A stretch of DNA of 64,000 nucleotides, from the IMG/VR virus record IMGVR_UViG_3300042868_014220. One strand, written 5' to 3'. Positions 56,466 to 64,000 of the stretch are shown here, in pieces (positions within the stretch are counted from its first letter, which is position 1; each line of letters begins with the position of its first letter). The notes beneath the pieces were generated by a model. It saw only the letters and a list, made by a program, of their open reading frames with translations. It did not search any database and was not told where the DNA came from. The position numbers were made by a program, and so were the translations under genes. This DNA is from a virus. Taxonomy: Duplodnaviria; Heunggongvirae; Uroviricota; Caudoviricetes.

Positions 56466-56486
56466 GTACTTATAAATATCATAAAC

Positions 56487-56522
56487 AATAAAAAACCCAT
56501 CCTTGTGAGACGAGGTTAATCA
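56487..56522. terminator. Conserved intergenic terminator module copy 1
   Basis: aaaaaacccatccttgtgagacgaggttaatcattt. Confidence 0.45.
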
Positions 56523-56923
56523 TTTACGTCTTTAACGTTAGCATCAATATTTCCGTCAACAGATGTTATTGAGAAATTAAGTCCAACATATACCAAAAGT
56601 TTAGACATTGTTCCTCTCATATTACTAAAATAATTAAAACCATAAGCATTATCCGCCATTTCAGTGGTAATCTCATCTTCACCATTCCATCCATTATCAA
56701 ACAATGGTTTAGAATCCATTATAACATTAACATCAAAATCTAAAAATCTTTCACCGATACGATAAGGACCGATTTTACGTGTGGTATAAACTTCTTTAAC
56801 ATAATTTGTTTTGAATTCCAAAACAAACGGATAGGTTGAGGGCATCATAGTATCCCAAAGCTTAGATAATACTTTTGTGTGGTCAGCAACCACATCTTCT
56901 TCCTTAAAATCTTTCCGTGACAT
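56516..56923 (-). CDS. Hypothetical protein
   Basis: ORF. Confidence 0.5.
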   Translation of the reverse strand: MSRKDFKEEDVVADHTKVLSKLWDTMMPSTYPFVLEFKTNYVKEVYTTRKIGPYRIGERFLDFDVNVIMDSKPLFDNGWNGEDEITTEMADNAYGFNYFSNMRGTMSKLLVYVGLNFSITSVDGNIDANVKDVND

Positions 56924-56949
56924 AATCTATAAATACAATAATTTTAATC

Positions 56950-57864
56950 TTACACAATTCGTGTGTTGTTATTTTGTTTTGTATCTTGGTAAGCCAACTG
57001 ATTTATTTTGTTTATCATAATATTAATATCTTGATAACCACTCAAAGCCCAACAACATAAAACCCAATAAATTTGACCATCATATTTTTCTTTTTTAATA
57101 TATGGTATTAACATTTCTTTAGTTATGTTTTCTCCTGGCTTTAAATTAAAAAGTTTTCTAATTGCCATAATATTAGACATTTTTTCAGTTTCTTTACAAG
57201 CATAATTTGGATTGTTTTCTTCTTGACTTTTAGCGGTTCTTAACCAAGTAAATAAAGTGAATTCATCTATTCCATATTTTTTTGATACTTTTCTAATATT
57301 AACCCAAAATTTACTTAAAGCTTCATAACTAACTTCAAAATCTTTTGGTGTCATTTTTTTTGTCCCATCTTTAACAAATACATCACCAATTTTAACAGAT
57401 GGATTTAATGGTTTAATTTTGTAAAGAGTATGTTGAATTTCGTGAACTAATGTCGTTAATGGTTGTTCATCATTTTTAGAACAATTAACGAAAAGTTTAG
57501 TTGGTTGCGTATCAATAACATATGCGAATGTATTTTTAGTTGAATCACTAGATGCAGTTACATTATCATAGTAAACCAAATTAATTGCATTTATTGCGTT
57601 AATATATTTTTTAAATAAATCATCTACAGTAATTCCATCAATTTTATTATCAACACCAACACCCCAATTTTTCTTAAATTTAGACTTAGTAATAGGACTT
57701 GATAACCATTGAATCCAATAATCTTTTGCTTGTTTAAGATAACTTATCCATTTTGATTTACAGAATGGACCAACTCTTGCAACATTATTTGAGCTCTTAC
57801 CTGAGATTGTAGTTTGTTCTGTTAAAATTTTTGAAAGTTGAGATTCTGTTATGATAAATTCCAT
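56950..57864 (-). CDS. Hypothetical protein with IITESQL N-terminus and HEIQH motif
   Basis: MEFIITESQLSKIL; LVHEIQHTLY. Confidence 0.5.
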   Translation of the reverse strand: MEFIITESQLSKILTEQTTISGKSSNNVARVGPFCKSKWISYLKQAKDYWIQWLSSPITKSKFKKNWGVGVDNKIDGITVDDLFKKYINAINAINLVYYDNVTASSDSTKNTFAYVIDTQPTKLFVNCSKNDEQPLTTLVHEIQHTLYKIKPLNPSVKIGDVFVKDGTKKMTPKDFEVSYEALSKFWVNIRKVSKKYGIDEFTLFTWLRTAKSQEENNPNYACKETEKMSNIMAIRKLFNLKPGENITKEMLIPYIKKEKYDGQIYWVLCCWALSGYQDINIMINKINQLAYQDTKQNNNTRIV

Positions 57865-57885
57865 ATCATTATAAATACAAAGATA

Positions 57886-57927
57886 AACAAAAAACCCCAT
57901 CCTTAAGACGGGGTTAGTGATTTAAGA
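57886..57927. terminator. Conserved intergenic terminator module copy 2
   Basis: aaaaaaccccatccttaagacggggttagtgattt. Confidence 0.5.
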
Positions 57928-58206
57928 TTTTATCATCGCGTCGATAAACAATATTGTATTTTCAACTTTACTCCAATTTTCTTCTCGGATTGCGGACTTT
58001 AACATTCGTCTAACATATTCAATTTTATTTACAACTTCACCTGATAAATCTCCTGACGAATCATCAAGATGAACGTATTCATCATCCTTTAAATCATCAT
58101 ATAAATTTTTAATATCTCTACCACCGTATACTCTGTCATTTTCATTGATTACTTTTTTAACAATTCTTGTTAAATCATCTTCCGTTAATTTTATAACTTT
58201 TTTCAT
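57922..58206 (-). CDS. Small protein with KLTEDDL N-terminus
   Basis: MKKVIKLTEDDLTRIVKKVINEND. Confidence 0.5.
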   Translation of the reverse strand: MKKVIKLTEDDLTRIVKKVINENDRVYGGRDIKNLYDDLKDDEYVHLDDSSGDLSGEVVNKIEYVRRMLKSAIREENWSKVENTILFIDAMIKS

Positions 58207-58212
58207 ATTTTT

Positions 58213-59052
58213 TTATTTTTTTAAAATTAAGAATTCATAATAATATTTACCTGATTCACCTTTCCATTCGTCTTCTCGTTTCAAGTTGGGGTAAAGGTTT
58301 TCTATGTTTTTTTCAATTCTATCATCTAATTCTTTTCTATTAATGTCGGACCATACTAGTGTCATACCTGCTATTTTGGTTTCACCTGTTGAGTATGATA
58401 CTTTAAACACATTATTGGTGTATGAGAAAACCACACTACTCTCATCTATTGATGTACCACCACTTGTTTTAGATTTTACCTTGTTTCTAAATTCGTCAAG
58501 GGTGGTTCCTTCTATAGTTTCAGGTACGTTTGGTTGTGATTGTGAATTTTTTGAAACTATAAAAAATGCCTGTATATATTCCTCATTTGTTCCTTTTACT
58601 TTATAAATGGATGGTCCAATTACCCTTATTTGACTTGGAGTTACTTTGAAAAGTGCCTGTAATCTATCAATTAAACCATTGGTATTATCTTTAAAACGGT
58701 TTTTATAATCAGCACCAATAGCACCTCTAGATGTAAATCCAATATCAGGATTGTTAGTGTCTGAAACTAAAGTAACAGTTCCGTCGGTAATAATTTTTTT
58801 ACCACTAACATATGATGAAACTTTGATATCGGTAATTCTATAACTTCCACTCTTTAATTTTTTACTTACTCTATCTTCCAAATCATCGGATAAATTCTTA
58901 GAACTTAATATACCGTGTACTAAATCCCAATTAGTTTCCCCTGGATATGGTTGTTCTCCTCTGATTGAAACAGTCTCGCTTGACTGTTCATTTAACCCGT
59001 ATAAACTACGAATTGATTTTTTTTCTTCTTCCGTTAGAATAAATTTTCCCAT
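58213..59052 (-). CDS. Hypothetical protein (N-terminal ILTEEEKKSI motif)
   Basis: ORF. Confidence 0.5.
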   Translation of the reverse strand: MGKFILTEEEKKSIRSLYGLNEQSSETVSIRGEQPYPGETNWDLVHGILSSKNLSDDLEDRVSKKLKSGSYRITDIKVSSYVSGKKIITDGTVTLVSDTNNPDIGFTSRGAIGADYKNRFKDNTNGLIDRLQALFKVTPSQIRVIGPSIYKVKGTNEEYIQAFFIVSKNSQSQPNVPETIEGTTLDEFRNKVKSKTSGGTSIDESSVVFSYTNNVFKVSYSTGETKIAGMTLVWSDINRKELDDRIEKNIENLYPNLKREDEWKGESGKYYYEFLILKK

Positions 59053-59074
59053 ATCATTATAAATACCTCATAAA

Positions 59075-59113
59075 ACAAAAAACCCCATCCTTTTGAGACG
59101 GGGTTAGTGATTA
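59075..59113. terminator. Conserved intergenic terminator module copy 3
   Basis: aaaaaccccatccttttgagacggggttagtgatt. Confidence 0.5.
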
Positions 59114-59539
59114 AATTACTTCAATGGAGTTAATCTTATCTCCTTGTTGGATTTGGTCAATCACATCAAGTCCTTCAACAACTTTACCGAAACAGGTATG
59201 GTTTCCGTCCAAGTGTTGTGTTCCTTGTCTGTTATGACAGATGAAGAACTGAGAACCACCAGTGTTTCTTCCTGCGTGAGCCATAGATAGAATACCTTTG
59301 TCGTGGAATTGTTTTGGTGCGGTTACTTCACATTCGATGGTATAACCTGGTCCACCATTACCAAGTCCATTTGGGCATCCACCCTGAACTACGAAATTTG
59401 GAATAACTCTGTGGAAATTTAATCCATCATAGAATTTTTTTTCAATTAAACTTTTGAAATTGTTTGTTGCGATTGGCGTCTCGTCATACAACTCGGCAAC
59501 CATATCACCTTTGCTTGTAGAAATTTTTACTTTACTCAT
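59111..59539 (-). CDS. Cyclophilin-type peptidyl-prolyl cis-trans isomerase
   Basis: HRVIPNFVVQGGCPNGLGNGGPGY...SMAHAGRNTGGSQFFI. Confidence 0.8.
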   Translation of the reverse strand: MSKVKISTSKGDMVAELYDETPIATNNFKSLIEKKFYDGLNFHRVIPNFVVQGGCPNGLGNGGPGYTIECEVTAPKQFHDKGILSMAHAGRNTGGSQFFICHNRQGTQHLDGNHTCFGKVVEGLDVIDQIQQGDKINSIEVI

Positions 59540-59566
59540 AAATATATTTTCAACAAGTATAAGAAA

Positions 59567-59944
59567 TTAATTTTTAAAATCCAACACAAATCTTATATCA
59601 AAACTAGCACCAAATAAATTAGTTTTATACCCTAACATTTTATTTACGGTATGTAAATCATTAACTAAATTATTTTTTTCAGTATAAAACCCATTTAAAA
59701 CACAATCGTCCATATCCGCAATATGTAAAATTGCCAAACCTCCACCAGTAGAAAGAAATCTTTTTTGACAACGATTAACAAACATTATATCTGCCCACGA
59801 TGCTTTAAGATAAAAATTAACTCTAATACTGATTCTATCAATATCATCTTTAGTAACTTTTAAAGCTTCAATTCCTGAGATGAAATCATACTTTGGAACG
59901 ATTACCAAATTAATTACCTTCTCGTAAGTTTTATTTAAATCCAT
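59567..59944 (-). CDS. Hypothetical protein
   Basis: ORF. Confidence 0.45.
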   Translation of the reverse strand: MDLNKTYEKVINLVIVPKYDFISGIEALKVTKDDIDRISIRVNFYLKASWADIMFVNRCQKRFLSTGGGLAILHIADMDDCVLNGFYTEKNNLVNDLHTVNKMLGYKTNLFGASFDIRFVLDFKN

Positions 59945-59946
59945 AA

Positions 59947-60285
59947 TTAAAAAGGTCCACCGAAAGGTCCACCAAAATTTGCAATTAACTCACCATCAAC
60001 TCCATAAACTTGAAACTGAACACTTCTAAGTTTTATTCCAAAATATTTTGAAAGAGATTGTATATGATTGTCAACTAAATAGTGTGGGTCAAAATTGTAT
60101 TTATACATATTAAATTTATTTATTTCGGGGTCATTAAGATAAATGTTGACATACATATCGTAACCTTGGAAAAAAAGATTTTTTTCAAGTGAGACAATAT
60201 CAATATGGTCCACCATTGGATAAACCGATTTTAATATATCCGAATTAATTATTTTTGAAAACGCGGAAATTAATTTATCATCCAT
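59947..60285 (-). CDS. Hypothetical protein
   Basis: ORF. Confidence 0.45.
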   Translation of the reverse strand: MDDKLISAFSKIINSDILKSVYPMVDHIDIVSLEKNLFFQGYDMYVNIYLNDPEINKFNMYKYNFDPHYLVDNHIQSLSKYFGIKLRSVQFQVYGVDGELIANFGGPFGGPF

Positions 60286-60286
60286 A

Positions 60287-60553
60287 TTAATATCTATTTT
60301 TTAAAAATACATATACTACTTCAGGTATTTTTGTACATACATGCATTTCTCCTTTGTCATTTTTACAATCAATATATGGTAATTCTTTGATTATTTTTTT
60401 TAGTTCTCTAGGCCCGTTTTTCAACCTATTAACAATATAATCTCTGTTATATAATTTTTGGGAGTCGTATATCTCTTCATTGATTATTCTTTCAACCAAT
60501 GAAATCATTTGTGATTCTGTTAATCTTAATACTTTTGATTTACGTTTTTCCAT
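60287..60553 (-). CDS. Small protein with LTESQM N-terminus
   Basis: MEKRKSKVLRLTESQMISLVERIINEE. Confidence 0.5.
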   Translation of the reverse strand: MEKRKSKVLRLTESQMISLVERIINEEIYDSQKLYNRDYIVNRLKNGPRELKKIIKELPYIDCKNDKGEMHVCTKIPEVVYVFLKNRY

Positions 60554-60584
60554 ATTTAAAGTCCTTTAGATTATAAATACTTTG

Positions 60585-60773
60585 TTATTTAATAATCTTC
60601 CAAACTTTATCAATTGGAGCACCGAGCATATCGTCAAACATTCCAACTATAAAATCTCCGTCAATCTCAAAGACAATCTCTTCTTCTGGGTTATCAAATT
60701 CTTCTTCGTCAGTGATTTTGTATTCAAAATCCTCAATGTAAATTGTCTGCACCATAGTTATATATTGTTCCAA
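60585..60773 (-). CDS. Small acidic protein
   Basis: More protein-like than overlapping + ORF. Confidence 0.35.
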   Translation of the reverse strand: MEQYITMVQTIYIEDFEYKITDEEEFDNPEEEIVFEIDGDFIVGMFDDMLGAPIDKVWKIIK

Positions 60774-60978
60774 AATTATTTATTTTTTCAATCATCTTAA
60801 CGATTGTTTCATCGCTTTCTGTGACTCTATAGGTTATTGATGAGCCAAATCCCATTGTAATGTAAGTATAAGATTCCTTAGAATTAATGGAATCAACTTC
60901 TTCAATACTTTGAATGTAATTTGGATTTAGGTAAAGAGATTTACCGTCTTGTTTTGTTAATTTTATAAAATTTTTCAT
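60733..60978 (-). CDS. Small hypothetical protein
   Basis: ORF. Confidence 0.4.
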   Translation of the reverse strand: MKNFIKLTKQDGKSLYLNPNYIQSIEEVDSINSKESYTYITMGFGSSITYRVTESDETIVKMIEKINNFGTIYNYGADNLH

Positions 60979-60979
60979 A

Positions 60980-61426
60980 TTAGTTTACTGTTAAGTTTTC
61001 AATTATTACAAATCCAAGTAATCCTTCAATGTAGTTAACAACTTCTTCTTCAGAACAATCTTCAATTCGTTTCATTGACATTCTATTGATATCTTCATAT
61101 TCGGATACAGGTATTACTTTTAAGTCCTCAAGAACTTTGAGGTTTTTTAATTCAATGGCATACTTATCCATCGTATCATCAAAGACAACATTACAACCCA
61201 GTAAAGTTTTTCTGTGATTATCGTAATAATCGGGATGAAGTAATCCTTCAAGTGCTGGATACATTGTAATTGTATCTGCACCACCTCTTAAAGAGTTTAT
61301 CCTAATTTGTAATGAAATCTGTGTGAATTTCTCCAGTAATGTTTTGTTCCATTTCAATTGTAATCCGACTTCAGGTTCACTGGTTTCTTTCCAACCCATA
61401 AAGTCCCATTTAATTATATTTTCCAT
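60980..61426 (-). CDS. Hypothetical protein
   Basis: ORF. Confidence 0.45.
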   Translation of the reverse strand: MENIIKWDFMGWKETSEPEVGLQLKWNKTLLEKFTQISLQIRINSLRGGADTITMYPALEGLLHPDYYDNHRKTLLGCNVVFDDTMDKYAIELKNLKVLEDLKVIPVSEYEDINRMSMKRIEDCSEEEVVNYIEGLLGFVIIENLTVN

Positions 61427-61432
61427 ATTATA

Positions 61433-61687
61433 TTATACTACATCATTTACAGGATAATCGTGTGCAATCTTAAACCATTTACTCACAACCTCAAATAAAA
61501 TCTTATCAATAAAGACCCTACCAAATTTTTTACCTAACTCATCTTTAACAACATCGGAAACAAATATGGTTCCACTTTTAATGTCGTATAAGAAAAACTC
61601 ATTGTGCCAAGTTTGTTCCGTCTTATTGTAATAAAGATAGGGAAAACTAAACTTATTCTCAATAAACTTTATAATTTCTTTCTTCAT
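61433..61687 (-). CDS. Small hypothetical protein
   Basis: ORF. Confidence 0.4.
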   Translation of the reverse strand: MKKEIIKFIENKFSFPYLYYNKTEQTWHNEFFLYDIKSGTIFVSDVVKDELGKKFGRVFIDKILFEVVSKWFKIAHDYPVNDVV

Positions 61688-61731
61688 TTAAGCAAATATA
61701 GACAAATTTTTTGGAATAAAAAAAACCCCTC

Positions 61732-61932
61732 TTATAAAGAAGGGGTTGGCTGTGATTTGTCAATACTTGATATGAGATAGTAAAAATCTCCTTTGTATTT
61801 AATAAACTGTTTGATTGGAGTTTCAGTTGGTGGTGTTGTCATCCACGTTTCAACTAAACCTTTACCCTCCATAGGTTTCATAACGATTTTTCTGTCTGAA
61901 AAACGAATTGCTCTTGTTAGTGTATTTTCCAT
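61732..61932 (-). CDS. Small hypothetical protein
   Basis: ORF. Confidence 0.35.
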   Translation of the reverse strand: MENTLTRAIRFSDRKIVMKPMEGKGLVETWMTTPPTETPIKQFIKYKGDFYYLISSIDKSQPTPSL

Positions 61933-61975
61933 ATCCCTAATTTAAGTTAATTTGAGAGTTTATAAAGATAAACCC

Positions 61976-62254
61976 TTATAATTTTCGTTTATCTATAAGT
62001 TCTGCGTCTTTAAAAGAATTTAAAGATATAAATTCGTTATTTAAATGGTCAATAATCGTTTGCATTAGTTCATAATCTTTAATCTCTCCTTCGTCTTCAC
62101 ATAATTTAACACAAAGGGATATTCCACCTGCAAACATATGAGCCATATCGTTAAGGGATAGTTTTTGTTGTTCTTTGGGATATGTAATATACAATCCCAT
62201 CAAACCTGTATCTTCTTTTGGTTCTATTGTAATGGTTAAACTTAATGAGCTCAT
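61976..62254 (-). CDS. Small hypothetical protein
   Basis: ORF. Confidence 0.4.
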   Translation of the reverse strand: MSSLSLTITIEPKEDTGLMGLYITYPKEQQKLSLNDMAHMFAGGISLCVKLCEDEGEIKDYELMQTIIDHLNNEFISLNSFKDAELIDKRKL

Positions 62255-62386
62255 CTTTTCATTCTATATTAGATGAAAAAGAATCAAAAGTCAAACCATC
62301 GTTTAATTTATTAAATGTTTCTTATCCATTAATAGGAACCTTGTTAACCTCACCTTATCAACAAGTAAGTTATATTGATTATTCAA

Positions 62387-64000
62387 CTAGTCTTTTATAA
62401 ATTTGGAATAGAATCTTAATCCACTTTTCTTAACCAATTGGATGATATAAAATCCTTTTTGTAATTCTTCGGTATTAATTTTTATTAATTCCCCGTTAAA
62501 TTGACTCAAATCTATTTCTTGGATAGTTTTTCCTTGAATATCGGTAATTAAGATTGTTTCATAAGTTTGTAATTGTCCTTGAATTAGTAAATTCAAATTT
62601 TTTTGATTTGGATTAGGGTACAAAGCCTTTATACCAGTTTGGGTATTGCTGTGCTCTAATTGTACAATATTACTAAAGGTAATTAATCCACTATTTTCTG
62701 TAATTCTGAGTTGGTAATAGGTTGAATTATAAGCCAGATGTTGTGTGTTTATAAATTCATAGTGTGTCAATGAATTGGTGTTATTTAATGCCGTGATATC
62801 ACCTATCGGATTAAAATTGAAACCATCATAAGAAATCATAATCTCATATTTATCGATGTCACTTTCATCGGCAACCTGCCACTCAATATAATGATGATTC
62901 ATTACTTGATAGGCTTCAAAAGAAATTAATTTGACGGGTAAAGGAATACAAAACGGAGTTAAAATAAAGGTGTCTCTAATGGTTTGGCAAATGTTATTTT
63001 CTATTTGCCACACAAGACTGTAAGTTCTTAGTGAATCCCCTGTGAAGGTGGCATTAGGATTGTGAATATCACTGATAGTGCCTCCCGAACCGCTTATAAT
63101 AATCCATGTGCCCTTAGAATTTCCGTTTGTTGATTGTGCATTTAATTGACAAGACCCACAGTGAGTATCAGAATCTGATGCAGATGAAATGTGTCGGTCA
63201 ATAATGGACGAAACAATGAATAATCCATTGGTTGTACCCGCACCTCCTCTCGTAGCTCCATTCGCTATAAATTCTGTTAATGCTGCAGAAGTAGTAGTAC
63301 CATTTACACCACCATTTGCTATTCTTGTTGGGCTCCCGTTTGAGATAGAAATAGTTCCACCGCCACCTCCACCTCCTGGACCTTCTGCTTCGTTACTAGT
63401 TATTAATTGATTACCTCCATTACCGCCATTTGTAAATAAGTTTAAAGTGTTTGCTATTGTGCCATCAACGCTTAATAAGACTGTACCACCACCGCCACCA
63501 CCACCAGGAGCATCATTGTGTCCCGCCGTTGTATTGGGTGAGTTTCCTCCACTTGAGGTAATAACGCCACTTCCTGATAAATTACCATAGCAAAGAATCA
63601 AAACTATTCCACCCCCGTGGCCACCTCTTGTTGCTGCCGAATTATTACCATCACCTGCACCTCCTCCGCCTCCAAAAAATGTTCTAGTATTGCTAAAAAC
63701 CAAAGGCCTTCCACCATAGCCACCCGAATTTCTTCTCCAATCTCCACCCCAAAGACTATTACCAGGTGCGGTTATTATTGCATCTCTATTAGCCCCAGAA
63801 TAAGTATATCCCCCTCTACCTCCTCCAGATGAAGTATTTGTTGAAAATGTACCTCCTTCCAAATTCCATGCGGTTGTCCAATTAATTGGTCCGTTGTCCG
63901 GATTTCCTAGTCCGTTCCAAGCAGATACAACCCCACCATTTGCACCACCCCCACCACCAGCATTGTGAGAATTACCCCCTCCCCCTCCATTTGCAGGAGC
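62387..64000 (-). CDS. Partial CDS (N-terminus outside window): glycine-rich repeat protein with Bacteroidota T9SS C-terminal sorting domain
   Basis: Reading frame open to window edge; GGGGG/NGGNGG repeats; C-terminus ...LYPNPNQKNLNLLIQ...ITDIQGKTIQEIDL...LQKGFYIIQLVKKSGLRFYSKFIKD typical of the Por-secretion CTD. Confidence 0.6.
   Translation of the reverse strand, partial: APANGGGGGNSHNAGGGGGANGGVVSAWNGLGNPDNGPINWTTAWNLEGGTFSTNTSSGGGRGGYTYSGANRDAIITAPGNSLWGGDWRRNSGGYGGRPLVFSNTRTFFGGGGGAGDGNNSAATRGGHGGGIVLILCYGNLSGSGVITSSGGNSPNTTAGHNDAPGGGGGGGTVLLSVDGTIANTLNLFTNGGNGGNQLITSNEAEGPGGGGGGGTISISNGSPTRIANGGVNGTTTSAALTEFIANGATRGGAGTTNGLFIVSSIIDRHISSASDSDTHCGSCQLNAQSTNGNSKGTWIIISGSGGTISDIHNPNATFTGDSLRTYSLVWQIENNICQTIRDTFILTPFCIPLPVKLISFEAYQVMNHHYIEWQVADESDIDKYEIMISYDGFNFNPIGDITALNNTNSLTHYEFINTQHLAYNSTYYQLRITENSGLITFSNIVQLEHSNTQTGIKALYPNPNQKNLNLLIQGQLQTYETILITDIQGKTIQEIDLSQFNGELIKINTEELQKGFYIIQLVKKSGLRFYSKFIKD

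Noticed and set aside
59041-59075. T4-type late promoter TATAAATA read on the plus strand of the intergenic modules
   Set aside because: Genes here are on the minus strand; on the coding strand the sequence reads TATTTATAAT, so the resemblance to the T4 late box is on the wrong strand. Reported instead as a novel motif.
62255-62386. Prophage/host junction with att site near the T9SS-domain gene
   Set aside because: No integrase, no flanking direct repeats and no compositional shift detectable by eye; left as an open possibility only.
1-64000. Origin from a eukaryotic giant virus (AT-rich, cyclophilin, ThyA, tRNAs)
   Set aside because: tRNAs are bacterial-type (type II tRNA-Tyr, G-1 on His); tmRNA/SmpB, lipoprotein lipoboxes, T9SS CTD and TAnnTTTG promoters indicate a bacterial (Bacteroidota) virus. 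Genes are dense and intronless.
1-64000. CRISPR arrays
   Set aside because: No regularly spaced direct repeats with unique spacers were seen; the repeats found are gene duplications or terminator modules.

Overview
AT-rich (~30% GC) window that reads like part of a large (jumbo-type) bacteriophage genome infecting a Bacteroidota host. The phage assignment rests on an endolysin, a ClpP-family protease, multiple HNH endonucleases, a dense tRNA island and thyA. The bacterial and Bacteroidota context rests on bacterial-type tRNAs (type II tRNA-Tyr, encoded G-1 on tRNA-His), TAnnTTTG promoter elements, lipoprotein signals and a protein with a T9SS C-terminal sorting domain. Main contents: (1) a tRNA island at 8.9-20.4 kb on the minus strand with about 24 canonical tRNAs plus a family of aberrant tRNA-like elements carrying inserts or a second T-arm; (2) a candidate tmRNA gene (987-1377) and an SmpB gene (53663-54097), i.e. 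a phage-encoded trans-translation pair; (3) an RNA-repair toolkit: RNA ligase, P-loop polynucleotide-kinase-like protein, HAD phosphatase and two metallophosphoesterases; (4) thymidylate synthase with lineage-specific insertions, two truncated ThyA-derived paralogs upstream, and a synonymously recoded duplicate of the thyA 3' end flanking a downstream inserted ORF; (5) a ~14 kb minus-strand operon (47.9-61.7 kb) of unknown proteins, most starting with a shared (I/L)TE(S/E) N-terminal motif and preceded by a conserved ATATTTATAAT motif, containing SmpB, a cyclophilin and a peptidoglycan-binding protein; (6) lysis and accessory genes: GH19 endolysin, M15/M23 peptidase, OMP beta-barrel, ClpP, ferritin, aminotransferase, SPFH, thioesterase and GNAT; (7) a four-member KYGSGTKWCT paralog family, tandem domain duplications and extremely acidic Cys-repeat proteins. 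No capsid, terminase or portal genes, CRISPR arrays or integrase were recognised in this window. All calls come from manual reading and carry the stated uncertainty.
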